DNA of 64,000 nt from an uncultured Solirubrobacteraceae bacterium (GTDB lineage: Bacteria > Actinomycetota > Thermoleophilia > Solirubrobacterales > Solirubrobacteraceae). Each line of letters starts with the position of its first letter. The stretch's first letter is position 1. The DNA lies in contig CAVUPZ010000001.1 of the NCBI GenBank assembly GCA_963743505.1, positions 170,990 through 234,989 on the forward strand. Reading direction: 5' to 3'. A model generated the notes under the pieces. That model saw only the letters and a program-made list of their open reading frames with translations. It had not been told where the DNA came from and ran no database searches. Shown here in pieces: positions 37,858 through 47,368 of the stretch. A program made the translations under genes and the position numbers.

Positions 37858-38987
37858 GTGTCAGTTCTGCCGCGGTTGACGCGCCGAGCCCGCTCGTTGG
37901 ACCCTCGGGGGCTCGACGCTGGGCTCGCGTTCGCGCTATCGGCCTGGGCCCTCGCCGACTCCGGAGCGCGAAGCGACCCGGGGCGGGCGTTCGTGCTGCT
38001 GGCGATGACTGTGGCGGTCGCGTGGGCTCGCCGAGCGCCGGTAACGGTCCTTGCGATAGAGGTCGCGGGTGTAGCGGTGCTACCCAACCGGTTGAACCTG
38101 CCGGCAGGGATCGCGCTCCTGTTCGCCGCCTACTCGGCAGCATTCTTCAGCGATCGGCGCGTCGTCGTTGCCACACTGCTCTTGGCGGCGGCCGCGTGGC
38201 TGTTTGCGTTCGGCGGCCAGGTGAAAATCCCCAGCGGTCTGGTCCCGCTCCTGCTCCTGGCTCCGGTGTGGCTGGCGGGAAGCGCGATGCGCCGCCGCGA
38301 ACAGCAGGTCGAAGCGTCAGCCGAGCGAGCCGACCGCCTGGAGCGAGAGCGGGAAGCAGCGTGCGGGCCGAGCGCGCGAGGATCGCGCGCGAACTACACG
38401 ACCTGGTCACACACTCGGTCAGCGTGATGGTGCTCCAAACCGGCGCCGCGCGGCAAATCATGCATCGGGACGAGCATCGCTCCCGGGCGCTCCTCGAGTC
38501 GGTCGAATCAAGCGGCCGCTCTGCGCTGGAGGAGCTACGGCTCCTGCTCGGCCTGCTCCCGGACCAAGACGGCGACGCGCCGCTCTCGCCGCAGCCGGGC
38601 GTGGCCGAGATCCCGTCGCTGATCGAGCACGTCTGCCAGGCTGGCCTGTCCGTCGAGCTGTGCGTCGAGGGTCAGCCTCGCGTCGTGTCCGGCGGCGTCT
38701 CGGTCGCCGCCTACCGAATCGTCCAAGAGGCGTTGACGAACGTGCTCAAGCACGCGGACGGCGCGCCGACCCAGGTCGTGCTCCGCTGGGCGAACGGTGC
38801 GCTTGAGCTGGAGATCCTCGACCAGGGGCCGCTACGCGACGACGCTTCGCATGACGCTCACGCCGGACGCGGGCTCGCAGGGATGCGCCAGCGGGTCGCG
38901 ATGTACGACGGCACGCTCGACGCACATCCGGGCCGGGACGGCGGCTACGTGGTCCGCGCCTACTTACCGGTGCTGAGCGACGCGTGA
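37858..38987 (+). pseudogene. HisKA_3 sensor kinase, frameshifted near 38360
   Basis: TM region in one frame; ERARIARELHD, EALTNVLKHA and GRGLAGMRQR in the next. Confidence 0.82.
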
Positions 38988-39862
38988 GCCGGCGCGTGCT
39001 GATCGCCGACGATGACGCGCTCGCGCGAGCTGCGCTGCGAACGATCTTCGACGCCCACGATGACATTGAGCTCGTCGCCGAGGCGCACGATGGCTTGGAG
39101 GCAGTGGAGTACGCAGGGCGCCTGCATCCCGACGTGGTGCTGCTAGACATCCGCATGCCCAACCTCGACGGGCTCGAGGCCGCCCGTCTGATCCTCGCCT
39201 CGAGCTCCAACCGCGCTCAGGTGATCATGCTCACCACTTTCGACCTCGACCAGTACGTCTACGACGCCCTGAAGGCGGGCGCGAGCGGGTTCCTGCGCAA
39301 GGACGCGCCGCCCGAGCGGCTCCTGGCATTCGTGCGCTCGGCCGGCCACGGGGACGCGTTGCTCGATCCGATGATCACTCGCCGTCTGATAGAGCGCTAC
39401 GCCCGACCACCGTCGCCCAGTGCGGGCGCGACCGGCAAGCTCTCCGAGCTCACGCCTCGCGAGCTGGAAGTGCTCACCCAACTCACCCGTGGTCACAGGA
39501 ACTCGGAGATCGCCGCAGAGCTGTATGTCAGCGAGGCCACCGTCAAGACCCACGTCAGCCGGATACTCGCAAAGCTTGAGCTGCGAGACCGCGTCCAAGC
39601 AGTCGTGCTCGCGTACGAGGAGGGGCTCGTCGCACCACGGCGCGAGCGACGAATGAGCCGAGCTCTGGCGGTACCAGTTGGCGCGCCGGTCTCCGGACGA
39701 CCCATCGTCACCAACCTGTTCGTGGCCACAACAAGACGCTCATCAGGCTGCCGCGATTGCGCACAAACATCACGCTCGCGCGCGGCCTCGCGCTTCTGGT
39801 TATCGATCGATCCGCCATGGCGCGACCCGTTTGGGCACTCGGCGGCCTCTGCTCTTGTCTGA
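38984..39862 (+). CDS. NarL-family response regulator; C-terminal read-through, homology ends near 39640
   Basis: VLIADDD, DIRMP, LTTFDLDQY, LTPRELEVL...TVKTHVSRILAKL. Confidence 0.88.
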   Translation: MSRRVLIADDDALARAALRTIFDAHDDIELVAEAHDGLEAVEYAGRLHPDVVLLDIRMPNLDGLEAARLILASSSNRAQVIMLTTFDLDQYVYDALKAGASGFLRKDAPPERLLAFVRSAGHGDALLDPMITRRLIERYARPPSPSAGATGKLSELTPRELEVLTQLTRGHRNSEIAAELYVSEATVKTHVSRILAKLELRDRVQAVVLAYEEGLVAPRRERRMSRALAVPVGAPVSGRPIVTNLFVATTRRSSGCRDCAQTSRSRAASRFWLSIDPPWRDPFGHSAASALV

Positions 39863-40203
39863 GGAGCAGCGGACCCGCTGCATCGGCGGGTCGATCGCTG
39901 CGTTCCCAAGATCGGCGGGGTCGGAGGGACTGAGCAGTACTGAGCACATGCGAAAACGACCGCTATCAACGACCGGCACCACTGCCAGTAAGTCGCGGAT
40001 ATTCCTCAACGACGCCCGACCGCCAACACCCGAGCGTCGAGCTCAGGCCTTGCGAGCAGTAGGTCACCCATTCGATGCCGTCTGGCTCCATTCATCCTGA
40101 CGGTGGTCGACGCCGTCAGTGCCGAAGTCCGATTCGTTGATGCGTCTGTCGATACCTGCACCCCGACGGCGGGGCAAGCCGCGACGACCGGGATGATTGG
40201 TCA

Positions 40204-40743
40204 GTGAACGCACGCAGGCTCGCCGCCCTCGACATGCATGGCCGCTCGAACACGAGCCTACGGCGGCGGTTGGTGCTGGGCGAGTTCGTCCTCTCCGCCG
40301 CGTTGGGCTTCTTTGTGGGTAGCCTATTGATGCTCCTGACCAACGGATGGTTCGGCTGGGCATTTGGCGTCTGGGTCGTTGGGCTAGGCGTCAACTACGT
40401 GCTACTCGCCTTCCACGCAATCCGTCTCTCCGTTCCCGGCGCTCTGGATCGGGAGCTGGAGGAGATCGATCTCGAGAGAGAACTCCGTCGCTACGGGCGC
40501 CGACAGCTTTGGCTCGCACTCCCGCTCTCGCTGTTCATGGCGTTGCTTCTGCAAGGGATCCGCAATCCCCAATGCGTGAGGCCCCGCCGGGGTGCCGGCA
40601 ACGCCGTGCAAGCCACATCCTCAAGACATGCTGCGTTGTCAACCGCCCCTCGTCCTGGACTCCCTGTTTGTCCGATCCACACACGGTTGCGTGCCTGCTT
40701 TCGTGGCGAACCGGACATAGGACGCTCAATCGTCGTCGTCTAG
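40204..40743 (+). CDS. Hypothetical membrane protein
   Basis: About three TM segments. Confidence 0.55.
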   Translation: MNARRLAALDMHGRSNTSLRRRLVLGEFVLSAALGFFVGSLLMLLTNGWFGWAFGVWVVGLGVNYVLLAFHAIRLSVPGALDRELEEIDLERELRRYGRRQLWLALPLSLFMALLLQGIRNPQCVRPRRGAGNAVQATSSRHAALSTAPRPGLPVCPIHTRLRACFRGEPDIGRSIVVV

Positions 40744-41088
40744 CACGCTGAGCGGAACGAGCGACGGGCCCGCACCGTCGGCTTGCTGGCGACATGTTGG
40801 CTCAGACGCCGTCACGGCCGTGGCGCTCCGCGCCGCGTTCGGAGGCGGTTCTGACCGTTATCGGCTCGCCCAATGCAGATGGGCGGACCTGCCGGCTGCG
40901 AGGGCATCCATACGTGTTTGGACACCGGCGTGGGCGCGATTGAACCGGCCGGGAGGACGAATGACCGGTAGAGCCCTCCTCGACTATCGCTCCGCGGGTG
41001 AAGCCAAGAATCCGGCCCGCCCCTCCGCCGAAAGGAAGACCCATATTCGCCGCGTAAGCTCGCTCGGCCCCCACGGGAGCGCTCTCGC

Positions 41089-41895
41089 CTAGTCGGCGAC
41101 GGCGCCGGCTGAAGAGTTCAGGACGGTTCCTGTCATCATCGCTGCCCCATCTGAGGCCAGAAACGCCGCCGCCCGCGCAGTGTCTGCGGTGTGCGGCGAT
41201 ACCTTCAGCAGAGTGCTTTCCGCCAGCCGCGCCACGGCTTGGTCGGGAGTGATGTTCATCATCTTGCTGATCACGGCGCTCGTGTCTCGGATTGTTCGTG
41301 TGTCGGGGTTCGCGGCTATGCGCAGCCCCACGGACCGCACGCCGGTCGGTCCGAGTTCGATGGCCATGGTCCGCATCAGGTTCTCGACGGCTGAGAACGC
41401 AGCACCGATGCCAGTTGTGCCCGGCCCGTGCGGCTTGGCGGGGCTGCCGGTGAGGAAGACGATCGCGCCTGAGCGCTGGTCGATCATGCGGCGAGCGGCG
41501 GCTCGCGCCGTCGTGAACTGTGACCGAAGCACGGTGTTTACGGGAATCAAGAAGTCGTCGACGGTGATGTCGACGGCTGGCATCCCGTTCCTGTAATCGC
41601 CTATGCGCGGGCCGGTTGCATCGAAGCTGACGTCAAGGCCTCCTGCCCGCTCGCTGATCGTGTCGACGTAAGCGTCGACTGCGTCAGCGTCGAGGGTGTC
41701 GACGAGGTGCGCGTGCGCGAGCCCGCCAGCGGTTGTGATTTCGGCCGCGACTGCCTCGACGGTTGCTGCCGTGCGGCCCGCGAGAAACACTGTTGCGCCC
41801 TCCGCAGCGAACGCTTTCGCGACCGCTGAGCCGATGGACCCGGCTGCTCCGTATACGACGGCTCGCTTGCCTTCTAGTATCTGGGACACGGACAT
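41089..41895 (-). CDS. Atypical short-chain dehydrogenase/reductase
   Basis: GAAGSIG, AIELGPTGVR, AFLASDGAAMMTG; RBS GAAAGGAG; no YxxxK. Confidence 0.88.
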   Translation of the reverse strand: MSVSQILEGKRAVVYGAAGSIGSAVAKAFAAEGATVFLAGRTAATVEAVAAEITTAGGLAHAHLVDTLDADAVDAYVDTISERAGGLDVSFDATGPRIGDYRNGMPAVDITVDDFLIPVNTVLRSQFTTARAAARRMIDQRSGAIVFLTGSPAKPHGPGTTGIGAAFSAVENLMRTMAIELGPTGVRSVGLRIAANPDTRTIRDTSAVISKMMNITPDQAVARLAESTLLKVSPHTADTARAAAFLASDGAAMMTGTVLNSSAGAVAD

Positions 41896-42322
41896 TCTGC
41901 TCCTTTCGCGCTCCCGAGAGGAGCGACTGGTGCTCGCCCGAACGGCGATTTGATGCAAAGGGAGACACTGCGTTGACGTGAAACGGACCGCCGCTTTTGC
42001 GTTCTCTTACCTAGGGTGCGCCGCTGCGGACGGTCTGGGTTCCCTATCACCTCAACGAATGACTCTCGTCATCGGGACCGTGGGCGGCGCTCGACGAACC
42101 AATAGACCCGCCGTTGCCAGATGCCAACGCCAATGAGCGCCTTGCGGCTCTGTCGGAGGAGATCGCCCTGCGGATCGCGTAGCTCTGGTTTCCTCCGGAC
42201 GTGGTTGACGTCGAGAGAGACACCTGAGCGCGCCCGGAGGCACCGCCGGTTCGTTTTCCCTCCAGCGCGTGTCTATCGTGTTGATGGCCACTCCAGAAGG
42301 CGTGACATGCGAGGATCGACCG

Positions 42323-43336
42323 ATGTCCCGAGCTTTAGACCGAGCCCGAGCCGGCGACGAAGAGGCGTTTCGCGTGCTCACCGATCCTTACCGCCGCGAG
42401 ATCAGGGCACACTGCTACCGAATCCTCGGCTCTGTACAGGACGCTGAGGACATGCTCCAGGAAACGCTGCTCGCGGCCTGGCGCGGCCTCGACGGCTTCG
42501 CGGGCCGCTCCTCTCTTCGTTCGTGGCTGCATCGAATTGCGATCAATCAATGCTTAAACGCCCTTAGAGCGACCGGTCGGCGCCGGCCGGCGCCCGAGCC
42601 TCCGTTCGCTGCCCCCGACCCGACGCGTGTTGCCGAGCCGTGCTGGCTCGAACCGTTCCCGGATTCGCTCATGGCCGGTCTGGCGGACCCGACGCCCGGC
42701 CCGGAGGCACGCTACGAGGCGCGGGAGTCGATCGAATTGGCATTTGTCGTCGCCCTGCAACAACTCCCCCCGCGCCAGCGTGCCGCGCTCGTGTTGCGAG
42801 ACGTCCTGGGCTTCCGCGCAGGCGAAGTGGCCGAGATGCTCGACACCACCGAAGCTGGCGTCAAAGGCGCATTGCAGCGAGCACGCGCCACCTTAGCGGC
42901 GTGCTACATGCCGGATCGCAAGCTCGGACGGGCTAACGGCTCGGCGGTCGAGCGCGAGCTCGTCGCTCGCTTCGCCGATGCGCTCGAGAACGACGACATC
43001 GACGGGATCGTGCAGCTACCGACTGAGGACGCGTGGCTGACGATGCCGCCGTCGCCGCTTGAATACCAAGGACCCACCGCAATCGCGTCGCTCCTTCAGG
43101 AGGCAACCAAGTGGCGCGGGGCGCACGCCAACCGGCTGGTCGCGACGCACGCGAACGTACAACCCGCGTTCGCCTGCTACGTCCGCGACCAGCGCGCGCC
43201 GATCGCGCGCGCGAACGGACTGATCGTCCTAACCCTCAGAGGCACGGCGATCTCAGCGATCACCAGGTTTCTCGACAGCGCCGTGTTCAGCTGCTTCGGC
43301 CTCCCGCGGACGTTGCCGGACGAACCTTTGACGTGA
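42323..43336 (+). CDS. ECF sigma factor with C-terminal SnoaL-like domain (SigG-like)
   Basis: HCYRILGSVQDAEDMLQE, WLHRIA, WLEPFPD, LPPRQRAALVLRDVLG, LTMPP. Confidence 0.9.
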   Translation: MSRALDRARAGDEEAFRVLTDPYRREIRAHCYRILGSVQDAEDMLQETLLAAWRGLDGFAGRSSLRSWLHRIAINQCLNALRATGRRRPAPEPPFAAPDPTRVAEPCWLEPFPDSLMAGLADPTPGPEARYEARESIELAFVVALQQLPPRQRAALVLRDVLGFRAGEVAEMLDTTEAGVKGALQRARATLAACYMPDRKLGRANGSAVERELVARFADALENDDIDGIVQLPTEDAWLTMPPSPLEYQGPTAIASLLQEATKWRGAHANRLVATHANVQPAFACYVRDQRAPIARANGLIVLTLRGTAISAITRFLDSAVFSCFGLPRTLPDEPLT

Positions 43337-43572
43337 CGCGCAAGGACGGCGCAGACCGGCGCGGGCTCGAGGAGGCCGGAGAATCTGACGGGCCCTACGA
43401 AACCCCCGAGGATCTTCTCGCGCGGGGGCAGAGACGTGCAAAACGTGCTCAGGTTCCGGGCTGATCCACTGTCGAGCGATCGGCGCGAGGTCGATCGGCC
43501 CCTCAGACAGCTCGAAGCCGGCGGGTGGCCCGCGCTCGTCGGCGCAGGCCACCGCGCTGGCTTTCGATGCGT

Positions 43573-44805
43573 CTAGCTGATCGAGAGGGTCGTTTTACGC
43601 AGGGGTGCTCCTTCGATGATCGTGTTGCCGCCTTTTGTGAGCGTGGCTGTGAAGTCGAACTGGCCGTTTGCTTCGGTGATCGTGAAGCTGATCGTCCAGC
43701 CCGTTTCTTCTTTCATCGCTGCTGTGCCTGTCCCGGAGAAGACGTGGCCGTCCGGGGTCGTTTCGCATTTGGGGTCCGTCAGGCTCGTCAGCCGGAACCG
43801 TTCGGCTCCGCTCTGGTAGTTGATCCGCAGCACCTGTTTGCCCGCCATGCTCGTGTTGAGCTTCGCCAGCAACGTCAGGCGGCCCGCTTCACCCCGGCGC
43901 TGGTAGCTGCCACGGCCGACCGCCATCGTGCAGGCCGACTGGTAGGTGATCTTGACCATAGGCTCGGCGCCTTCCGCGGCCAGTTCGGCCGTGCCTTCGG
44001 TCGGGACGAGGTTCGAGCCGCCGCCACCCCCGGCAGCGTTCCACAGCTCGAAGCCGCCGCCGCCTCCGCCGTAGAGGCCGCCGCCGCCACCACCAGCGAC
44101 ACCCAGCTCTCCGGCGCCGCCCTGACCGAGTCCGCCGCCGTGGCCCGTTTCCCCGTCGTATATCCCTTTGCCTCCTTGGCCGCCTTTGGAGGAGGTACCT
44201 GGCCCTCCGCCCCCACCGCCGCCGATTGTGCCTCCCTTTGTGGGGCACTCGCTGCCTCCTGTGCCCGGTTGTTCTGCGCTACCGCCAGCGCCGCCCTCTT
44301 CCTCGCGAAACGGACAGTACGCCAAGCCGCCGCCACCACCACCGGCTGCCACGATCAGACGTGATCCGAGGGTGCCCGACGTGGCCCGCGCCACTTCTCG
44401 CACATCGGAGGCGCCGCCGCCACCACCACCCGCGCCATAGGTTTCCCCGCCGCCGCCGTTGAATCCACCAACACCTTCGTCTTCTTCTTCGCCGCCACCG
44501 GCCCCGTTTCCTGCGACCTCGACGTACAGCGTCTGTCCTTCTTTCACGGCGAGGCTGCCGCTAACGACGGCACCCAAGCCACCAGCGCCGCCGGTGCCGT
44601 TTCCGCTCGCCCCGTTCCCTCCGGCGCCGCCCGTAGCTGTCACTTCAATCGTTTTCACGCCAGCCGGGACCGTGAATTCCTGCTCGCCGCCGGTGTATTT
44701 GAACACGGCCGTTTCCGCCGAAGCCGACACGGCTCCGAACGCCATCGCTACCAGCACACCAACAGCAGCAATCGCCGCTCGCGCACCCACCCGTCCCACA
44801 AGCAT
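43573..44805 (-). CDS. Secreted glycine-rich protein (ALK/LTK-like Gly-rich domain) with a 120-aa C-terminal beta domain
   Basis: Signal peptide; FKYTGGEQEFTVPAGV, GGGGGASDVR, RLIVAAGGGGGG. Confidence 0.85.
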   Translation of the reverse strand: MLVGRVGARAAIAAVGVLVAMAFGAVSASAETAVFKYTGGEQEFTVPAGVKTIEVTATGGAGGNGASGNGTGGAGGLGAVVSGSLAVKEGQTLYVEVAGNGAGGGEEEDEGVGGFNGGGGETYGAGGGGGGASDVREVARATSGTLGSRLIVAAGGGGGGLAYCPFREEEGGAGGSAEQPGTGGSECPTKGGTIGGGGGGGPGTSSKGGQGGKGIYDGETGHGGGLGQGGAGELGVAGGGGGGLYGGGGGGFELWNAAGGGGGSNLVPTEGTAELAAEGAEPMVKITYQSACTMAVGRGSYQRRGEAGRLTLLAKLNTSMAGKQVLRINYQSGAERFRLTSLTDPKCETTPDGHVFSGTGTAAMKEETGWTISFTITEANGQFDFTATLTKGGNTIIEGAPLRKTTLSIS

Positions 44806-45100
44806 GAGAGGCCCCCAGTCGCGCTGATCGCAGCGCAGCGCCCCCCGTCAGCCCCCGGAGCGGCGTCCCGCCACTTTGAGCCAGCGAGTTTACGCCCTCC
44901 CATCGAGCGGTGCCCAGTTCTCGCGCCGAGCGCCGCCGACGGCGTAGGATACGATCACCGAACAAGTGGGGCCGCGCTGCGCAAACAGCCGGCCCCGTGG
45001 CACCGGAAGTCTGCACTCCCGGCGCGCCGAGCACCATAGCTGCCTGTGCTCCCCTCGCTAGAGGCATTCTCCCGGCGCCTCAACAGCCAAAGGAGGACTG

Positions 45101-45493
45101 ATGAGCATCGACGTAACCTGCAACTGCTGCGGCGCCGAGATCGACGTTCTGGGGATGCCGCTCCAGCCAGACGAAGCGGAGGCGATCCGCGGAGCCGTGG
45201 CGGCGCCGTCTCCGCTCGACGACGAATCGCCCCCCACGTCGGCGCGCTTCTACGCCCTCGCGGAGGACTTCGAGCTGCGCGCACAGCTACTCGATCAGGC
45301 CGAGCTCGGGGCGATCGAGCCACGGTGGGCCCGGCGGAACCTCGAGGCCCTGCTGACGCTCATGGCCGAGCTGGAGGCCCTGCTCGCGAGCGGGGATGTC
45401 TCCGCTCACGAAGTCGAGGAAAACGAGGCGCGGCTCAGCGCCACGCGGCGCCTGATGGACCGGATGCGCCTCAGCGCGGGGGCCGTGGCGTGA
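45101..45493 (+). CDS. Hypothetical protein with N-terminal Cys cluster
   Basis: RBS AGGAGG; MSIDVTCNCCG; stop overlaps the next start. Confidence 0.7.
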   Translation: MSIDVTCNCCGAEIDVLGMPLQPDEAEAIRGAVAAPSPLDDESPPTSARFYALAEDFELRAQLLDQAELGAIEPRWARRNLEALLTLMAELEALLASGDVSAHEVEENEARLSATRRLMDRMRLSAGAVA

Positions 45494-45684
45494 TGGCAGC
45501 CGAGCGTGACCCAGCCAGGATCGACGGCGTGCTCGACGCGGTCCGCGAGGTATGGATGACACACCCAGACTGGCGGCTCGGGCAGCTCGTGCATAACGCC
45601 GCCGGCGACGGCGAACCGTTCTACGTCGAGGACGACGACCTCGCCGAGGGCCTGCGCCGCCTGTCGAGGGCGTGGGCGGCGTGA
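45493..45684 (+). CDS. Small phage-type protein (YihD/DUF1040-like)
   Basis: RDPARIDGVLDAVREVWMTHPDWRLGQLV...FYVEDDDL; TGATG coupling on both sides. Confidence 0.72.
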   Translation: MAAERDPARIDGVLDAVREVWMTHPDWRLGQLVHNAAGDGEPFYVEDDDLAEGLRRLSRAWAA

Positions 45685-45890
45685 TGCCTCGCCCAGACCC
45701 CCCGGACTACCCGACATGGTGGGCCTATCACCAGGCCAAGCGCGTGTGGCTCCGCAGCCACGGCGGCTCGCTGCTCGGCACGTTCGCGGTTGCGATCGGA
45801 TTCGGGTTGCTGACGGGCTCGGCAATCGTGCTCGTCGTGCTCATCGTGGCGGCGATCGTCGGGACCATGTACGCGAGGTCGAGGCCGTAG
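45684..45890 (+). CDS. Small membrane protein
   Basis: TGATG coupling; two TM helices. Confidence 0.6.
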   Translation: MPRPDPPDYPTWWAYHQAKRVWLRSHGGSLLGTFAVAIGFGLLTGSAIVLVVLIVAAIVGTMYARSRP

Positions 45891-45904
45891 GGAAAGGCGG
45901 GGCT

Positions 45905-46165
45905 GTGGAGCTCAGCGATTCTGAGCGGTTCGTGAATGAAGCGGTCATGGCGAGCGTCAACGGCCGGCGCATACGCGTGACGCTGTTCGATGGTGAGGTG
46001 ATCGAGGGCGCGTGCACGGCGACCGAGGAGGACGCCAGCGGAGCCGCGCTGCCGAACGCGACGCCCTTGGAGGAAAGGACCTTCGGGCCGATCAAGCGCA
46101 TCATCACGATCGACGACCGAGCGATCCCCGCCGCGGACGTCGCAGCGCTCGAGGTGGTCGACTAG
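45905..46165 (+). CDS. Small hypothetical protein (Sm/SH3-like beta pattern)
   Basis: GRRIRVTLFDGEVIEG...IPAADVAALEVVD. Confidence 0.5.
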   Translation: MELSDSERFVNEAVMASVNGRRIRVTLFDGEVIEGACTATEEDASGAALPNATPLEERTFGPIKRIITIDDRAIPAADVAALEVVD

Positions 46166-46363
46166 GCAAGCAGCCCTGGATCGGGGGGCAGCCGGTATCC
46201 GACGTCGACAGAATGCTCGTTTACGGCCACGGCACGGGTCTACAAATGCTGAGCCGTATCGCTGCCCCAATCGCCGAGAAGCGACCCCGAGCAGTCTCGG
46301 GGGTCGCGTTCGAGGGCGGCGAGAACGGATGCCCACAGCAGCTCGTCCCGTCCCCACCGGGGA

Positions 46364-46834
46364 TCACAGATTTCCACGTAGGAGCATTCGTACAGCATCA
46401 TCACCGTGTCCGGATGGATGCCGTCCCACAGTGAGGTCGTGGCCAAGCATGGCTGTGTGCGTGCGCACGCCGTCCCGGGTGATCGGAAGCTGGTAGCTTG
46501 CATCGACGCCCGGATAGTGCGCGATCACAACGAGGTCAGTGCCGAGCGAGAGCGATGCAAGGCACTCCGCCTGAGCTTCGGCGCAGTAGCCCGTAACGGT
46601 TGCCCGTTGTGCCCACGCGTCACTTAGTGTGCCCGGCTGGGACCAGTCGGTGACGTAGCCGCGGCGGTTCATCGCCGCGAGGAAGGGCACGAGCGGAGCG
46701 GTCTCGCTGTCGGGCGGGGACCCGCCATACCACGGACTCGAGGCCGAGCCCTCAAGCCATTGCGCGGTTAGCTCGCCGAGCTCGGCGAGGTCGAGTGGCT
46801 GTGACCATCGCTGGCTCGTCTCGGACGTCTCCAC
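46364..46834 (-). CDS. DUF6919-like protein
   Basis: LAELGELTAQWLEG...DSETAPLVPFLAAMNRRGYVTDWSQPG...QRATVTGY. Confidence 0.65.
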   Translation of the reverse strand: METSETSQRWSQPLDLAELGELTAQWLEGSASSPWYGGSPPDSETAPLVPFLAAMNRRGYVTDWSQPGTLSDAWAQRATVTGYCAEAQAECLASLSLGTDLVVIAHYPGVDASYQLPITRDGVRTHTAMLGHDLTVGRHPSGHGDDAVRMLLRGNL

Positions 46835-46922
46835 GGCGCCGAGGATACGGCGTCTGCCCCCGAGCTCGGGGCCTTGCCGTTCGCCGCTGCGCCGTGCCTT
46901 CTAGGCCAGTTCCTGCTGGCCT

Positions 46923-46942
46923 GCTGACACTTTCGCTGACAC
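46923..46942 (+). repeat. Direct repeat GCTGACAC x2, candidate integrase arm-type sites
   Basis: GCTGACAC-TTTC-GCTGACAC about 70 bp beyond the tRNA 3' end. Confidence 0.45.
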
Positions 46943-47013
46943 CGTGACGACTGTCTGCTGCTGCTCTAGTCCCGTGTCGCCTGGAATCGGCTTGCCAGAA
47001 CCATTTCCCCCGA

Positions 47014-47087
47014 TGCCAGAGGAGGGACTCGAACCCCCGACACGCGGATTATGATTCCGCTGCTCTAACCGACTGAGCTACTCTGGC
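47014..47087 (-). tRNA. tRNA-Met(CAT), probably elongator; CCA not encoded
   Basis: GCCAGAG/CTCTGGC acceptor stem, TAGCTCAGTCGGTTAGAGC D-arm, GCGGA-ATCATAA-TCCGC anticodon arm, GGTTCGAGTCC T-arm. Confidence 0.96.
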
Positions 47088-47368
47088 GAAGGTGCCTCTT
47101 TGCAGGGCCTTCATTGATCGTCGGGTGTCTGGACGGGCGACTGCGTCCATCCCGATGCCGTGGATCAAGCTGCGACGTTAGCGTACCCCGCCGGGGCAGG
47201 CTGGGCAGCTCGCGGTGGTCCCCTCCAGCTGGCGGCGCGAGCGTCCCCGTGTGCAGGTCACCCGCGGCGGCCGACGCGCCGAGCCGAGAACCACGCGGCC
47301 GACAAGCGGCTGCGGGGGCACCACCTGTGCAGCCCCCGCAGCACTACTTCCCAACGACGACCCGGCAG

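Noticed and set aside
47014-47087. Initiator tRNA-fMet or tRNA-Ile2 identity
   Set aside because: G1-C72 is paired and the three consecutive G-C anticodon-stem pairs of initiators are absent; Ile2 is less likely but needs tRNAscan-SE isotype models to exclude
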